DNA from: a virus
IMG/VR virus record: IMGVR_UViG_3300045988_132745
Span: 32,001 to 96,000 of that record
Length of the DNA: 64,000 nucleotides
Reading direction: 5' to 3' (one strand)
The first letter of the stretch is position 1. The number at the start of each line of letters is the position of its first letter. The notes below the pieces were generated by a model, which was given only the letters and a program-made list of their open reading frames with translations, ran no database searches and had not been told where the DNA came from. This document shows positions 8,756 to 18,363 of the stretch, piece after piece. The position numbers and the translations under genes are program-made.

Positions 8756-9712
8756 ATGAGTAGAAAACCGCTTCCCGACCGAGAGGATTTTGTGCGCCAG
8801 CAACCTACAATTTATCAATTCGATTTCAGGGATGTTCCTATAGAAAAATATGCAAAGTCGCTTTATGCTCTATTCCAAGATCCCGACTACGTTGATGCTG
8901 TAGGAAAGCGCAATCGCCTTGTTGCAACAGGCGATCGTATGCGTGTAGGTACAAGCGAAATGAATAATCTGTTTCGAGTTATTCAGCAACACGACCGTCG
9001 ATTGGCTGACATTATGTATGCCTCTATGGTGCAAGTTAATTTGCACTCTGAGGTTAGCTATGATACCATGACGTTCTCTACTTTGCTGAAGTATAGTGTT
9101 GATTATTCGCAGCCAGGAATGAAGGAGAAGGTAGACTTACTTGCCGCTCGGCTCGACCGTCTGACGTTCCTTGCCGAATGTCTTGACCGTATTGCCACTG
9201 ACATTCGTGGAGATATGCTTGATATTTTTAAGGGTAATATTGAGTTCAATCAGTTTGATTCCGTTACTCATGTTCTCCATCAGCTTAGAGGCTATTTCCG
9301 TTCGGCATTACCCAACGATATGGATTCTCCTGAAGGGGAATTGTTCTATGAATATGCTGACTCGATTTATAATTATATTGATAAGCGCTTGAAGACCTAT
9401 ACTGCAAAGTATCGCAAGATGCACCCTGTTTCGCCCAAATACACTGAAGAAGACCTCATAGAAGGTCTTAATCAGTTCTTCGGTCGTAATGATAAGTTCG
9501 ACAAGAGTTTTGTCGGTCACACTAAAACTGGTGGCTGCTATATTGATGTTGCACAATTATGTCTCCGTCTCGATAGCAACGAAATAAAGAAGATTGAGAA
9601 GGTGACTTGCAAAATCAAGTCGAACAATATTTCCGATGCCGCATTGTGCTATAGCTTCAATGCCACTGATTTAATCATGAGCCAATATAAACGGCCCGAA
9701 CAAAAGCAATAA
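8756..9712 (+). CDS. Hypothetical protein
   Basis: 318-aa ORF in the array. No family recognised. Confidence 0.55.
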   Translation: MSRKPLPDREDFVRQQPTIYQFDFRDVPIEKYAKSLYALFQDPDYVDAVGKRNRLVATGDRMRVGTSEMNNLFRVIQQHDRRLADIMYASMVQVNLHSEVSYDTMTFSTLLKYSVDYSQPGMKEKVDLLAARLDRLTFLAECLDRIATDIRGDMLDIFKGNIEFNQFDSVTHVLHQLRGYFRSALPNDMDSPEGELFYEYADSIYNYIDKRLKTYTAKYRKMHPVSPKYTEEDLIEGLNQFFGRNDKFDKSFVGHTKTGGCYIDVAQLCLRLDSNEIKKIEKVTCKIKSNNISDAALCYSFNATDLIMSQYKRPEQKQ

Positions 9713-9714
9713 CT

Positions 9715-10449
9715 ATGCCTAACATTTACCTTCGCCTACCTACGAGTCGTTGCCAGTTCTTCCGCAATCGCGACCCGAAGCACACGCTTGCCAAGGACGA
9801 GCCGTTGGTGTTTAGCCCCTACATGCCTCACCACTTTGTCTTGCGCAAGCATATAACCAATATCCCTGCTGTAACGCAAAAAGTTAATTCACAATGTTTC
9901 TCACACCAGCAGTGGCGCAACATGATGCAGGGCAAACATCCCAATGGTGGTGAAGTTGTTACAAAGCGCGATCCGCATGAATACTTGTCTTTTGGCGAGG
10001 TTCAGCGTTTTAGTGGAAGACAAGATTACGCTAAGAGTGACAATGAAGACTATTTGTGCATAAAGTTGCCTTCGGAGGTAGAGGTGATTGACGTAGTTCG
10101 TCAGGTTACGCCGGTATGGAATCTTAGTACGCGCGGCATCCGTCAGTTGCTTCTTATGCTGAACGATGATTTTAAGCGCAGTGTTGTAGAATGGGCTTTA
10201 GCTACATTTGACTATTGCACATCCGATAAGCGTATCATTTTCCGTCGTCAAACAGCTATGCTTGAGCGTTTTTTGATGCGTTACGGCATAGACCAGAACG
10301 AGAGCGAAAAAGACGCCTTGCGTCGCATCATCAGCCGATGGCTAACTTCGAATCATAGCAATTTCAAAGCTTATTCATGTGCGGATATGCAGTATATAGA
10401 TGATAGTGAAAAGCGTTATTGCGTAGACGATATATTGTTTGACGATTAG
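9715..10449 (+). CDS. Hypothetical protein
   Basis: 244-aa ORF starting 2 nt after the previous stop. Confidence 0.55.
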   Translation: MPNIYLRLPTSRCQFFRNRDPKHTLAKDEPLVFSPYMPHHFVLRKHITNIPAVTQKVNSQCFSHQQWRNMMQGKHPNGGEVVTKRDPHEYLSFGEVQRFSGRQDYAKSDNEDYLCIKLPSEVEVIDVVRQVTPVWNLSTRGIRQLLLMLNDDFKRSVVEWALATFDYCTSDKRIIFRRQTAMLERFLMRYGIDQNESEKDALRRIISRWLTSNHSNFKAYSCADMQYIDDSEKRYCVDDILFDD

Positions 10450-10518
10450 AATAACGTAAACAAGAGTTAAACCAAAGTTTAAAACAAGTTAAAAAACAAC
10501 CGTTTTAGGTGTACAAAA

Positions 10519-11013
10519 ATGCAACTACCCGATAAATGTAAAGAATTATTCCTCGAAGGCATTACCGATATAATGTTTTACCCGAAGGAAGATTGTGTAA
10601 TCCCCGTGCCGTTCAGCATGGCACAAGTGTTATATATCAACAACTGCAAGTTGCCCGACGAGCCTACTCTTCGTCTTGCTACGAGTGGCGAGAACTTTGT
10701 CATTGCAGAGAGTTTGAGTGTGAAGGTAACGCTGGCAAAACAGGGCTATGGCACTATATATACATATAATATTAGTGCAAATATAGAGTTTGGTGGCGAA
10801 AATGTGCGTAGAGCATACCAAATTATGTGTGATATGAGTTATTATGTAGTATTGCGCAAACTGGACGGTTCGCTTCTGCTTTGCTATACTTTACCAGGTT
10901 CCTTTGCCATTGAAGGCAACATTACGTGCAGCGGTATGGCGAAAGACCGCACCTTTGCTGCATCCCTCAAAGCCCTGTCGGAGCCGATACCAATCACGCT
11001 TCGAGAGGCTTAG
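10519..11013 (+). CDS. Hypothetical protein
   Basis: 164-aa ORF followed by a terminator. Confidence 0.5.
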   Translation: MQLPDKCKELFLEGITDIMFYPKEDCVIPVPFSMAQVLYINNCKLPDEPTLRLATSGENFVIAESLSVKVTLAKQGYGTIYTYNISANIEFGGENVRRAYQIMCDMSYYVVLRKLDGSLLLCYTLPGSFAIEGNITCSGMAKDRTFAASLKALSEPIPITLREA

Positions 11014-11052
11014 TATTTTAGACCATTTTTCAATACCTTAGATTATATATTA

Positions 11053-11085
11053 CGTCGTTGTCCGCGAGGATAGCGGCGTTTTTTT
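11053..11085 (+). terminator. Rho-independent terminator (GTCC-GCGA-GGAT core)
   Basis: CGTCGTTGTCC-GCGA-GGATAGCGGCG followed by TTTTTTT. Confidence 0.7.
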
Positions 11086-11111
11086 GTCCTAATGTTAGAA
11101 ACCACGGTCTT

Positions 11112-11119
11112 TAATTTTG
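11112..11119 (+). promoter_or_regulatory. -7 promoter box TAATTTTG for the tRNA gene
   Basis: TAnnTTTG match 15 nt upstream of the tRNA. Confidence 0.5.
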
Positions 11120-11133
11120 CATACGGATAACAC

Positions 11134-11207
11134 AGCGGAGTAGTAGCAGATGGTAGCTCACTTGGCTCATAACCAAGAGGTCGAGGGTTCGAGTCCCTTC
11201 TCCGCAA
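11134..11207 (+). tRNA. tRNA with CAT anticodon (Met, or Ile2 if lysidine-modified)
   Basis: Anticodon arm CTTGG-CTCATAA-CCAAG, variable loop AGGTC, T arm GAGGG-TTCGAGT-CCCTT and a 6-7 bp acceptor stem. My hand fold leaves a register ambiguity at the acceptor/D-arm junction. CCA is not encoded. Confidence 0.7.
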
Positions 11208-11270
11208 CATAGTCAGTCGGTAAAAAGATTGATTTTTCAGGATAACAACAACTAAACACATTTATTTTTA

Positions 11271-12941
11271 ATGAAAGGCTTATTTGAAATACTAACCGAG
11301 AAGAAGTGGATGGTCAGTCCCGACTTCGTGCATGGTATTCGCAAGTCGCTTGAGCACAACCTAAACACTCATGCGGCTTTCAGCAAGCCGGAGAAGAACT
11401 GCGGATATGTCACAGCCGTGTCTGCCGACGGCTCAATCTATTACCCGGAGGAATATCAGATTTCAGAGGATGGCAAGCAGGTTAAGCCTCATTGGGCTTT
11501 GGACTACGAGAAGGAGCAGACCTTTCCGTTTGTTTCGGTTCTCACTATCGACGGCCCCATTACTCGCAACGGTGGCGGTTGCTCTTACGGATCTATCGAC
11601 CATCGCGACATGATGCTGCGAGCTGCCAACCATCCGCTTTGCCGTGGACACGTTTTCGTCATTAACACTCCTGGCGGATCGGCATGGGCCAAGAACGATT
11701 ACGAACAGGCTATTCAGTATGCGCGCTCTTTGGGTCAGCCTGTCATCGCTTTTGTCGATGGCATGTGTGCTTCTGCCGGAATGTACCTTGCTTCGCTATG
11801 TGATGAACGCTACTACATGCACCCCAAGAACGAAATCGGTTGTATAGGTGTCATGGCGGCATTTTATACTGAGGCAGACGGAAGCACCAACCAATTCACT
11901 AACGAGACTTATCACGAACTCTACGATCCCGAGTCGTTCGACAAGAACCGTGCCTTCCGTGATATTGCCAACGATGGCAAGGACGAGGAGCTTGTAAAGG
12001 AGCTTGCCGAACTTGGCGTTGAGTTCCGTTCCGACGTTAAGAAGGCTTGTCCTAATGCTACCGACGATCATCTGCATGGCAAGGTGTTCAATGCCGAGGA
12101 CGTGAAGGGTATTCTGATGGACGGTCAGTCGTCGTTTATGGAAGTGGTTCAGCGCGCTTTTGAGCTTTATGATGGCAGAGCCGAGCTTATCAACCGTGAG
12201 CAGACGGTTGAGCCACAGAACGAGCCGGAGAATGAGCCGGAACCAGAGAAACCGGAAGCAACCAACACAAACACTAATATAAATATGGAGAAATATCCTC
12301 TTATTTGCAAAGCTTGTGGATTGCAGGCTGGCGAGATTGCCGTTACTGAGGAGGGCGCGTATATGAACGCCTCGCTTCTTGACTCTCTCGAAGCTCACAT
12401 GAAGGAAGTCGAGCAGAAGGTGACTGATGCCGAGCTGAAAGCCACCACAGCGGAGAACGCTCTCGCAGAATTGCAGGGCAAGTTTGATGAACTCTCCGCC
12501 AATGTAAACGCAGCCAAGGAAGCAAAGGAAGTCGCGGAGACCGCACTTGCCGAAGCTAAGGAGGCTCACAGTAAAGAACTAAGCGACCTTAACGCACAGC
12601 ACACCGAGGCTCTTGCCAAGAAGGACGACGAGTTGAAAGCTCTCGCCGAGGCAAAGGACAAGGAGATTGCCCAGCTCACAGCCGACAAGACTGATGCCGA
12701 GGCAAACCTTCAGACTGCTAAGGACGCTCTTGCTACAGCCGAGCAGACCATTGCCGACAAGCAGGCTCAGATAGCTGCCCTCACCAATGAGGCTGGCGAA
12801 GAGCTGAACAGCGGCGAGGCTCCCGAGAACAATGGCGAAGGAGTAAAGGTCAAGACCTTGCGCTCCTTTGACGGAAGCAAGTACAAGACCAACGCCGAGC
12901 GGAAGGCTGCTTTCCAGCGATTTATGCGTGGTGAGGAATAG
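11271..12941 (+). CDS. Prohead protease (S49/ClpP-like) fused to a coiled-coil scaffold-like C-terminal half
   Basis: VINTPGGSAW...VIAFVDGMCASAGMYLASLCD is SppA/S49-like. The C-terminal 200 aa are rich in A, E and K heptads. Lies immediately upstream of the capsid gene. Confidence 0.75.
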   Translation: MKGLFEILTEKKWMVSPDFVHGIRKSLEHNLNTHAAFSKPEKNCGYVTAVSADGSIYYPEEYQISEDGKQVKPHWALDYEKEQTFPFVSVLTIDGPITRNGGGCSYGSIDHRDMMLRAANHPLCRGHVFVINTPGGSAWAKNDYEQAIQYARSLGQPVIAFVDGMCASAGMYLASLCDERYYMHPKNEIGCIGVMAAFYTEADGSTNQFTNETYHELYDPESFDKNRAFRDIANDGKDEELVKELAELGVEFRSDVKKACPNATDDHLHGKVFNAEDVKGILMDGQSSFMEVVQRAFELYDGRAELINREQTVEPQNEPENEPEPEKPEATNTNTNINMEKYPLICKACGLQAGEIAVTEEGAYMNASLLDSLEAHMKEVEQKVTDAELKATTAENALAELQGKFDELSANVNAAKEAKEVAETALAEAKEAHSKELSDLNAQHTEALAKKDDELKALAEAKDKEIAQLTADKTDAEANLQTAKDALATAEQTIADKQAQIAALTNEAGEELNSGEAPENNGEGVKVKTLRSFDGSKYKTNAERKAAFQRFMRGEE

Positions 12942-13012
12942 TATTTCCCTACCAAGCCCACAACCAACACAAAAATAGACAACACAACAACAACACAAAA
13001 ACACAAACAACT

Positions 13013-14311
13013 ATGGCAACACTTCCAAAAGATTTTATCGGCAAGGATGCGCTTCAGCATGTAGCCGAGCAGGTGAGCAAGGAAATCCTCATGGGTCCTG
13101 GCTATACTGATGCAGAAGAGATGGATCGCCTTGGTATTGAAATCGTATTTGGTGTTCAGTTCAAGCGTACTTTCCACATTCTTCTCCGCAAGGGTGGCAC
13201 AACCCGACGTAAGGACGTTCACACAAAGATAAACAGCGAGGCAGGATTCCTCAAGGAGCGTACACTTACCGTGAAGCTCGCGTGGGATCACTATACCGAT
13301 TCGATTGACCGCTATGTAGAAACAGTATTCGGTACAGACGCACAGGGTCAGTACCCACTTTCTACTGCAGCAACTGAGGCAATTCTTCGTAACTATGCCG
13401 ACAACCTTACAGCATGTTTGTGGAATGGCGACATCGACCTTGACAAGGGTGGTGAAAACGTTCCCGCTCGTGACCAGGCAATGGCCCTTTATGATGGCTT
13501 CCATACTTGCATCAAGCACGACATCGAGGATGGTATTATCTCAGAGGCTAACGGCAACCTCGTTCCTTGCGAGGCTATCACAGCTCCTGTTGACAACAAC
13601 GACTCTACACCTTACGACAACTTCTTGGCTTGGCACATGAAGTGGGACGCTCGTCTGCGTAAGGCCAACACTCGTGTCTACATGAGCGAGCTCACAGCAC
13701 AGTACATCGCAGCCGGCTATGCCAACAAGTTCCATGGCAACTTCAAGGTTCACTATGAAGTAGACGGCAACTTCAAACTTCCCGGACTGTCTCGCGTTAC
13801 TATCTGTCCCGTTGCAGACTTTGGTGAGGGCGACCGCATGTACGCTACTATCGACAAGAACTTTGTTTACGGTGTTGACACCGAGAGCAACCAGACTTAT
13901 GTAGGCGTTAAGGTCGGTACCGACGATGACATGCGCGTCATCCAGTTCCAGATTCAGTCAATCCAGGGTGCTGGCATCAAGAATCCGTTCAAGTATGCTT
14001 TCTGTATGTCGGATGGCACCCTTGCTCCAACAGAGTTCCTTGCAGGTGACTACGACAACACAAACCTCGTTATTACCATTGCCCATTCTGACGAAGACAC
14101 TGGCAAGATCGACGGTACAGTGAAGGTGAACAATGTTGCTTACTCTAAGCCTGTTGAGACTACTGTAAATCAGATTCTCTCTATCGAGGCTACCGACACC
14201 ACCAACTACAAGTTTGTGAACTGGAGCAACGGTTCTACCGAGAAGAAGATCCAAATCACTGCCACCGGCATGAGCATGGGCTTGACAGCCTTCTTCAAGA
14301 AGAACGGCTAA
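13013..14311 (+). CDS. Major capsid protein (candidate)
   Basis: 432 aa, directly after the protease-scaffold gene and followed by a strong terminator. Assigned from position only. Confidence 0.55.
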   Translation: MATLPKDFIGKDALQHVAEQVSKEILMGPGYTDAEEMDRLGIEIVFGVQFKRTFHILLRKGGTTRRKDVHTKINSEAGFLKERTLTVKLAWDHYTDSIDRYVETVFGTDAQGQYPLSTAATEAILRNYADNLTACLWNGDIDLDKGGENVPARDQAMALYDGFHTCIKHDIEDGIISEANGNLVPCEAITAPVDNNDSTPYDNFLAWHMKWDARLRKANTRVYMSELTAQYIAAGYANKFHGNFKVHYEVDGNFKLPGLSRVTICPVADFGEGDRMYATIDKNFVYGVDTESNQTYVGVKVGTDDDMRVIQFQIQSIQGAGIKNPFKYAFCMSDGTLAPTEFLAGDYDNTNLVITIAHSDEDTGKIDGTVKVNNVAYSKPVETTVNQILSIEATDTTNYKFVNWSNGSTEKKIQITATGMSMGLTAFFKKNG

Positions 14312-14345
14312 TCCTTAACGGAGTTTCTTTCACTCTATATTTTTA

Positions 14346-14403
14346 AAGGGCGACGGTCGCGGCTGACTTGACGGAATACGCTAACCCGTCGCCCTTCTTT
14401 TCC
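14346..14403 (+). terminator. Terminator after the capsid gene
   Basis: GGGCGACGG ... CCGTCGCCC stem followed by TTCTTTT. Confidence 0.55.
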
Positions 14404-14431
14404 AAACAACAACACAAAAACTCATAAGAAT

Positions 14432-14995
14432 ATGGCAGTACAAGCAACATGTCCTGAGATTATGGATATTTTCGCCGCTAAAGAATGCTTAGAAAACTTT
14501 GGCGGTCTTGGCGTTAATGTGTATGTTTTCAACAAGGGCGACCTCAAAGCTCCTTTGAAGGCAGAAAAAAACATTTATCCTGCGCTGACTACCGAGTCGT
14601 TCAACACAGGCAAGGGCCTTTACAAATTCGAATGTAAGGAGGGTAGTCAGGGACACTCTTTCGAGTCGCTTGGCCGCAGAAACGGTTTCAAACAGCAGCT
14701 CGACTATGTACTTGAGAGCGTAAACGCAGAAGCAGCTGAAGTAGCTCGCGCACTGAATAACCTCGACCTTGGCTATATCGTCCAGGATGGCACGAAGAGC
14801 ATCATTGTATACGACCCTCAGCATAAGTTTGAATATGCTTCGGGTGGTATCAAGGGCGACACTGGTAAGAAAGCCGAGGACGACCGTCAGGTCGAACTTA
14901 GCGGAACTCTCCAGCCTACAGCATACGGACGCTATGAGATTACAGAGCCTGAGACAGGCGGTTGGGACTCGCTTCTCGCTTCAAAAAAAGAGTAA
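14432..14995 (+). CDS. Hypothetical virion-module protein
   Basis: 187-aa ORF after the capsid gene. No family recognised. Confidence 0.5.
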   Translation: MAVQATCPEIMDIFAAKECLENFGGLGVNVYVFNKGDLKAPLKAEKNIYPALTTESFNTGKGLYKFECKEGSQGHSFESLGRRNGFKQQLDYVLESVNAEAAEVARALNNLDLGYIVQDGTKSIIVYDPQHKFEYASGGIKGDTGKKAEDDRQVELSGTLQPTAYGRYEITEPETGGWDSLLASKKE

Positions 14996-15152
14996 GCGAT
15001 ATTGACGCACAGAGCGAGGACAATATCGCAAAAGAAGTGCTCGACGATACCGATTCTTCTTTCTTTAGTACAAGCGACGAGGAAGGAACAACGGTAAAGA
15101 AGAGCAAGAAATAATCGCTCATACGAGGAAGGTTTTTCATCATACGACAAAT

Positions 15153-15202
15153 TCCCTGCATCTATCCTTTATATATAAAAGGTATAGATGCAGGGATTTT
15201 TT
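15153..15202 (+). terminator. Strong rho-independent terminator closing the capsid operon
   Basis: CCCTGCATCTATCCTTT / AAAGGTATAGATGCAGGG, about 18 bp, followed by TTTTTT. Confidence 0.75.
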
Positions 15203-15288
15203 ATTATATACATATTAATATTCTGATAAAATAATACTAAAATTAGCGTTTTTAATATCAAATGTAAACCAAAGAGAATAATTATCGT

Positions 15289-15296
15289 TAATTTTG
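15289..15296 (+). promoter_or_regulatory. -7 promoter box TAATTTTG for the LysR gene
   Basis: TAnnTTTG match in an AT-rich spacer, 63 nt upstream of the ATG. Confidence 0.45.
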
Positions 15297-15358
15297 CAAT
15301 TAGAAAAGCTTTTTTGATTACATTATTGTAAACGTAGAATAACTAAAATATAGAGTTT

Positions 15359-16285
15359 ATGGAATTAAGACATTTACGCTCCTTTGTTTATGTCGCCGAA
15401 ACAAAGTCGTTTAGTACGGCTGCCACACGTTGTTGTGTCACACAGTCGGCGGTAAGCCAGCACATTCGTGCCCTGGAGGATGAGTTGGGCTGCAAACTGC
15501 TTATCCGCACATCACACGGTATTATGCTCACCGAAAGTGGCGAAGCCCTGTTGCCTCGTGCAAAAGAAATACTGAAACAGACCGAGGACTGCAAAGAGCA
15601 AATCAACGCCCTCAACAACTGCATGACGGGTGAACTGCGTATAGGCGTAGGTTCGTTTATTGCTCCATACGTCCGCATGGCTGCATTGTTTTTTATGGAG
15701 AGATACCCTAACGTGCGTATCAATGCCGACTTTACTAAAGCCTACATCCTCAACCAATCGCTAAGGGCGCACATGTTAGACCTTGCTTTCACAATGAATA
15801 TGGCATACCGCCACGAAGGAATAGAGTCGCGACCCTGCATACCTTTTAATGTGTATGCTATTATGCGCGACACCCATCCGCTTGCCTCGCTCTCAAAGGT
15901 GTCGTATGAGGACATTCTGAAGCACCCAATCATCATGCCCGACATAGGCGAACGTGCCATTGAGACTTTTCAGCAATACATACAGCGCGACCTATATAAG
16001 CTCAATATCAAGTGCATCATCAGCGACCCTGACGAAGCTCTTGCTTCCGTGGAAGAAACCAAGTACGTCACCTTTATGCCTAAGCTCTACCTGCGCAACC
16101 ACCCTACCCTTGTGGCACGTCCAATCGTAGGAATCGAACAGCAGTTGATGAGCAACGCCCACTGTATGCAGGACGTACCAAAGAAGCGAGCCGCACAACT
16201 CTTCCTCGACATCATCCGCGACGAAGTAGTGCCATATATTTCCGTAGCCGAAGAGGCGCAAGGGAAGTTCACACCGCCACCTTGA
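15359..16285 (+). CDS. LysR-family transcriptional regulator
   Basis: The N-terminal wHTH (LRSFVYVAETKSFSTAATRCCVTQSAVSQHIRALEDELGCKLL) and a 308-aa length are typical of LTTRs. Confidence 0.9.
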   Translation: MELRHLRSFVYVAETKSFSTAATRCCVTQSAVSQHIRALEDELGCKLLIRTSHGIMLTESGEALLPRAKEILKQTEDCKEQINALNNCMTGELRIGVGSFIAPYVRMAALFFMERYPNVRINADFTKAYILNQSLRAHMLDLAFTMNMAYRHEGIESRPCIPFNVYAIMRDTHPLASLSKVSYEDILKHPIIMPDIGERAIETFQQYIQRDLYKLNIKCIISDPDEALASVEETKYVTFMPKLYLRNHPTLVARPIVGIEQQLMSNAHCMQDVPKKRAAQLFLDIIRDEVVPYISVAEEAQGKFTPPP

Positions 16286-16315
16286 TAGTCATTAGATTTT
16301 CTTATACCGAACCGA

Positions 16316-16346
16316 GTCTCACGTTAGCAGCGTGAGGCTTTTTTAT
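16316..16346 (+). terminator. Terminator after the LysR gene
   Basis: GTCTCACG-TTAGCAG-CGTGAGGC followed by TTTTTTATTT. Confidence 0.65.
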
Positions 16347-16427
16347 TTAAGTATTAGTCGAAATTATACGTTATATCACCTCAAGAACACTTAATAAGAA
16401 ACACTTCGCTTCCACCACTTTCTCCCA

Positions 16428-16435
16428 TACCTTTG
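16428..16435 (+). promoter_or_regulatory. -7 promoter box TACCTTTG
   Basis: TAnnTTTG match 41 nt upstream of the ATG at 16476. Confidence 0.45.
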
Positions 16436-16475
16436 CAATAAGTTCAATAATGAACGAAACCAAACACAAACAACT

Positions 16476-16991
16476 ATGCAGATTAAAACTAACGACGGCA
16501 ACTATGATGTTGCCAGCAAGGGACTCGGCAACACAGCCCTGGGTCTCGGCATCGCAGGCTTGGCAACGAGCCTATTGGGAGGCAGCGCCTCGCTCCTGGG
16601 CATCGGAAGAAACAACGGCATGACAGCCAATCCTACCGACCCTGATGCGCGTTTCGTAACTAAGAGTGAGACTAACCTCATTCAGGAGAACAGCACTCTG
16701 AAGACTGAACTTGCCATTCAGAAGAGCGAGAACTACACCGACAAGAAGCTCGTGGAAGTGACACAGTATCTCGACACGAAGTTGCGCCGTGTAGAAGACA
16801 AGGTAGACGCAAACAAGGATGCGCAGCAAGCCGTCAACGCACAGCAGATGGCTTACAATGCGGCTGCTAACGCCAGCATCGACGTGCTCAAGTCGCAGGT
16901 GGCATCGTTGTCGAGCGTAACCAAGTTGTTCATCCCTTCAACCAACGTATGCCAGACAGGTTGTGGTTGCGGTTGCGGATGCAATCAGTAG
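16476..16991 (+). CDS. Hypothetical membrane / coiled-coil protein ending in CQTGCGCGCGCNQ
   Basis: 171 aa with one Gly-rich hydrophobic segment, a coiled coil and a C-terminal (Cys-Gly)4 tail. Confidence 0.5.
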   Translation: MQIKTNDGNYDVASKGLGNTALGLGIAGLATSLLGGSASLLGIGRNNGMTANPTDPDARFVTKSETNLIQENSTLKTELAIQKSENYTDKKLVEVTQYLDTKLRRVEDKVDANKDAQQAVNAQQMAYNAAANASIDVLKSQVASLSSVTKLFIPSTNVCQTGCGCGCGCNQ

Positions 16992-17017
16992 GAGAATGAC
17001 GTAATCCAGTTATATAT

Positions 17018-17440
17018 ATGGAATACAAAAACTCACAAATCTTGGCGGCAGTCGTGTCCGAATGGGCACGACCCGCCATTTCACAGATAGCCGCAGGCAA
17101 CCTCATGCGCCTACCCATGCTTCAGTCTCTGCAAGCCACCATCAGCTCGTTAGGCATTGTTAGTGGCAACTATGCCCTACAGAAGGACATCGAGCCGCTT
17201 ATCCAGCCAATCATCAACTCGCTCGTCGCACCTATGCTTGCCCGATATTTCGGTCAGATACCCGAGGAGAGTATACCGCAGATGGCACACGACATAGTGG
17301 AGAAGATGCGTGGTAACGGACCGCTGTCGGTGCTCGAAGGTATGGTGACGTTTGAAGAAGAAGACCTCAACGAGCTTGCCGATCTTCTTGACAAGAACCT
17401 TCCCGTAGCGCAGACGCAAGGCTATCAGGTAAAACATTAA
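17018..17440 (+). CDS. Hypothetical protein
   Basis: 140-aa ORF in the array. Confidence 0.5.
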   Translation: MEYKNSQILAAVVSEWARPAISQIAAGNLMRLPMLQSLQATISSLGIVSGNYALQKDIEPLIQPIINSLVAPMLARYFGQIPEESIPQMAHDIVEKMRGNGPLSVLEGMVTFEEEDLNELADLLDKNLPVAQTQGYQVKH

Positions 17441-17498
17441 ATAGAGTAACAACACCAGCGGCGGCAAGCATCGTCGCTATAATAAAACATAAACGATT

Positions 17499-17927
17499 AT
17501 GAACAAACGTACCATTCCGGCTATCATCATAGCCACACTTGCGGCAGGTGCAACCGCCGCCGCACCCTATTATGATGTCAACATCACACAGCAGCTCTGC
17601 ACACCGGCTTGCGTAGACGAGACTCCCGTGTTCGCTCCGAAGTTCTCCGTCAAGAGCATTGCCAATGTAGGCACATCACAGTATATCATCGTCGTGCACG
17701 TTGAGGGCGTAATAAACTACATCCCTTGCAACTGCGGCTCGTGCTGCACACGCTCACAAGTGGTGTCGCAAGACTTCACCATTCCTGTGTTCAGCGCCAC
17801 CGCCATCAATTCGGCAACAATAGCAGTTGGCACCGTCCAAAACGGCATTGCACGCATATCGTGCTGCAACTGTTCCAAGACTTTCGTTTCCGACTGCCCC
17901 GTAACGCTCACCCTTGTAACTACATAA
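17499..17927 (+). CDS. Secreted Cys-rich hypothetical protein
   Basis: Signal-peptide-like N-terminus and about 14 Cys, including CNCGSCC and SCCNCS. Confidence 0.5.
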   Translation: MNKRTIPAIIIATLAAGATAAAPYYDVNITQQLCTPACVDETPVFAPKFSVKSIANVGTSQYIIVVHVEGVINYIPCNCGSCCTRSQVVSQDFTIPVFSATAINSATIAVGTVQNGIARISCCNCSKTFVSDCPVTLTLVTT

Positions 17928-17931
17928 GGCC

Positions 17932-18231
17932 ATGATAGTTCTGATAGCTATAGCCACCATGATAGCCGCCACGCTCGCCCAACACCTCGGACTGGCCGAA
18001 GCCATTGCCCATGTTGTTGACAAGGTGGCATCATGCCCTCAGTGTTTCACTTTTTGGGTTTCAATGTCGGCATTGCTCTACCTCGGCCACGATGTCTACG
18101 CATCGACGCTGGCGGCCATTGTGGTGGCGTATCTGTCAAACTGGTTTGTGTTGTTGCTGCTTATCCTTCAACGAAAATTTACGAAGCTATATGAAAAAGA
18201 AAGACACACCACCGACCGCCTCGACCACTGA
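17932..18231 (+). CDS. Small membrane protein (about 3 TM)
   Basis: 99 aa, strongly hydrophobic. Confidence 0.5.
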   Translation: MIVLIAIATMIAATLAQHLGLAEAIAHVVDKVASCPQCFTFWVSMSALLYLGHDVYASTLAAIVVAYLSNWFVLLLLILQRKFTKLYEKERHTTDRLDH

Positions 18232-18363
18232 GGCAAAGGCAGAAAGCAAGCCCGAGGCGCAGACATTCTTTCCTATATTGCATATCTCTGTGCAAAAAAG
18301 CCTGATTGTCCCACATTTTCGGGGCATTTGCCCTACATGTTAAACATATAAAACTCAAACAAA

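Noticed and set aside
11134-11207. tRNA(CAT) as a prophage attachment site
   Set aside because: I saw no second copy of its 3' end elsewhere in the window, there is no adjacent integrase, and phage genes continue on both sides.
17932-18231. Holin assignment for the 3-TM protein (and for 53643..54125 and 56123..56365)
   Set aside because: Only hydrophobicity supports this. The first is 37 kb from the endolysin. I left all three as membrane proteins.
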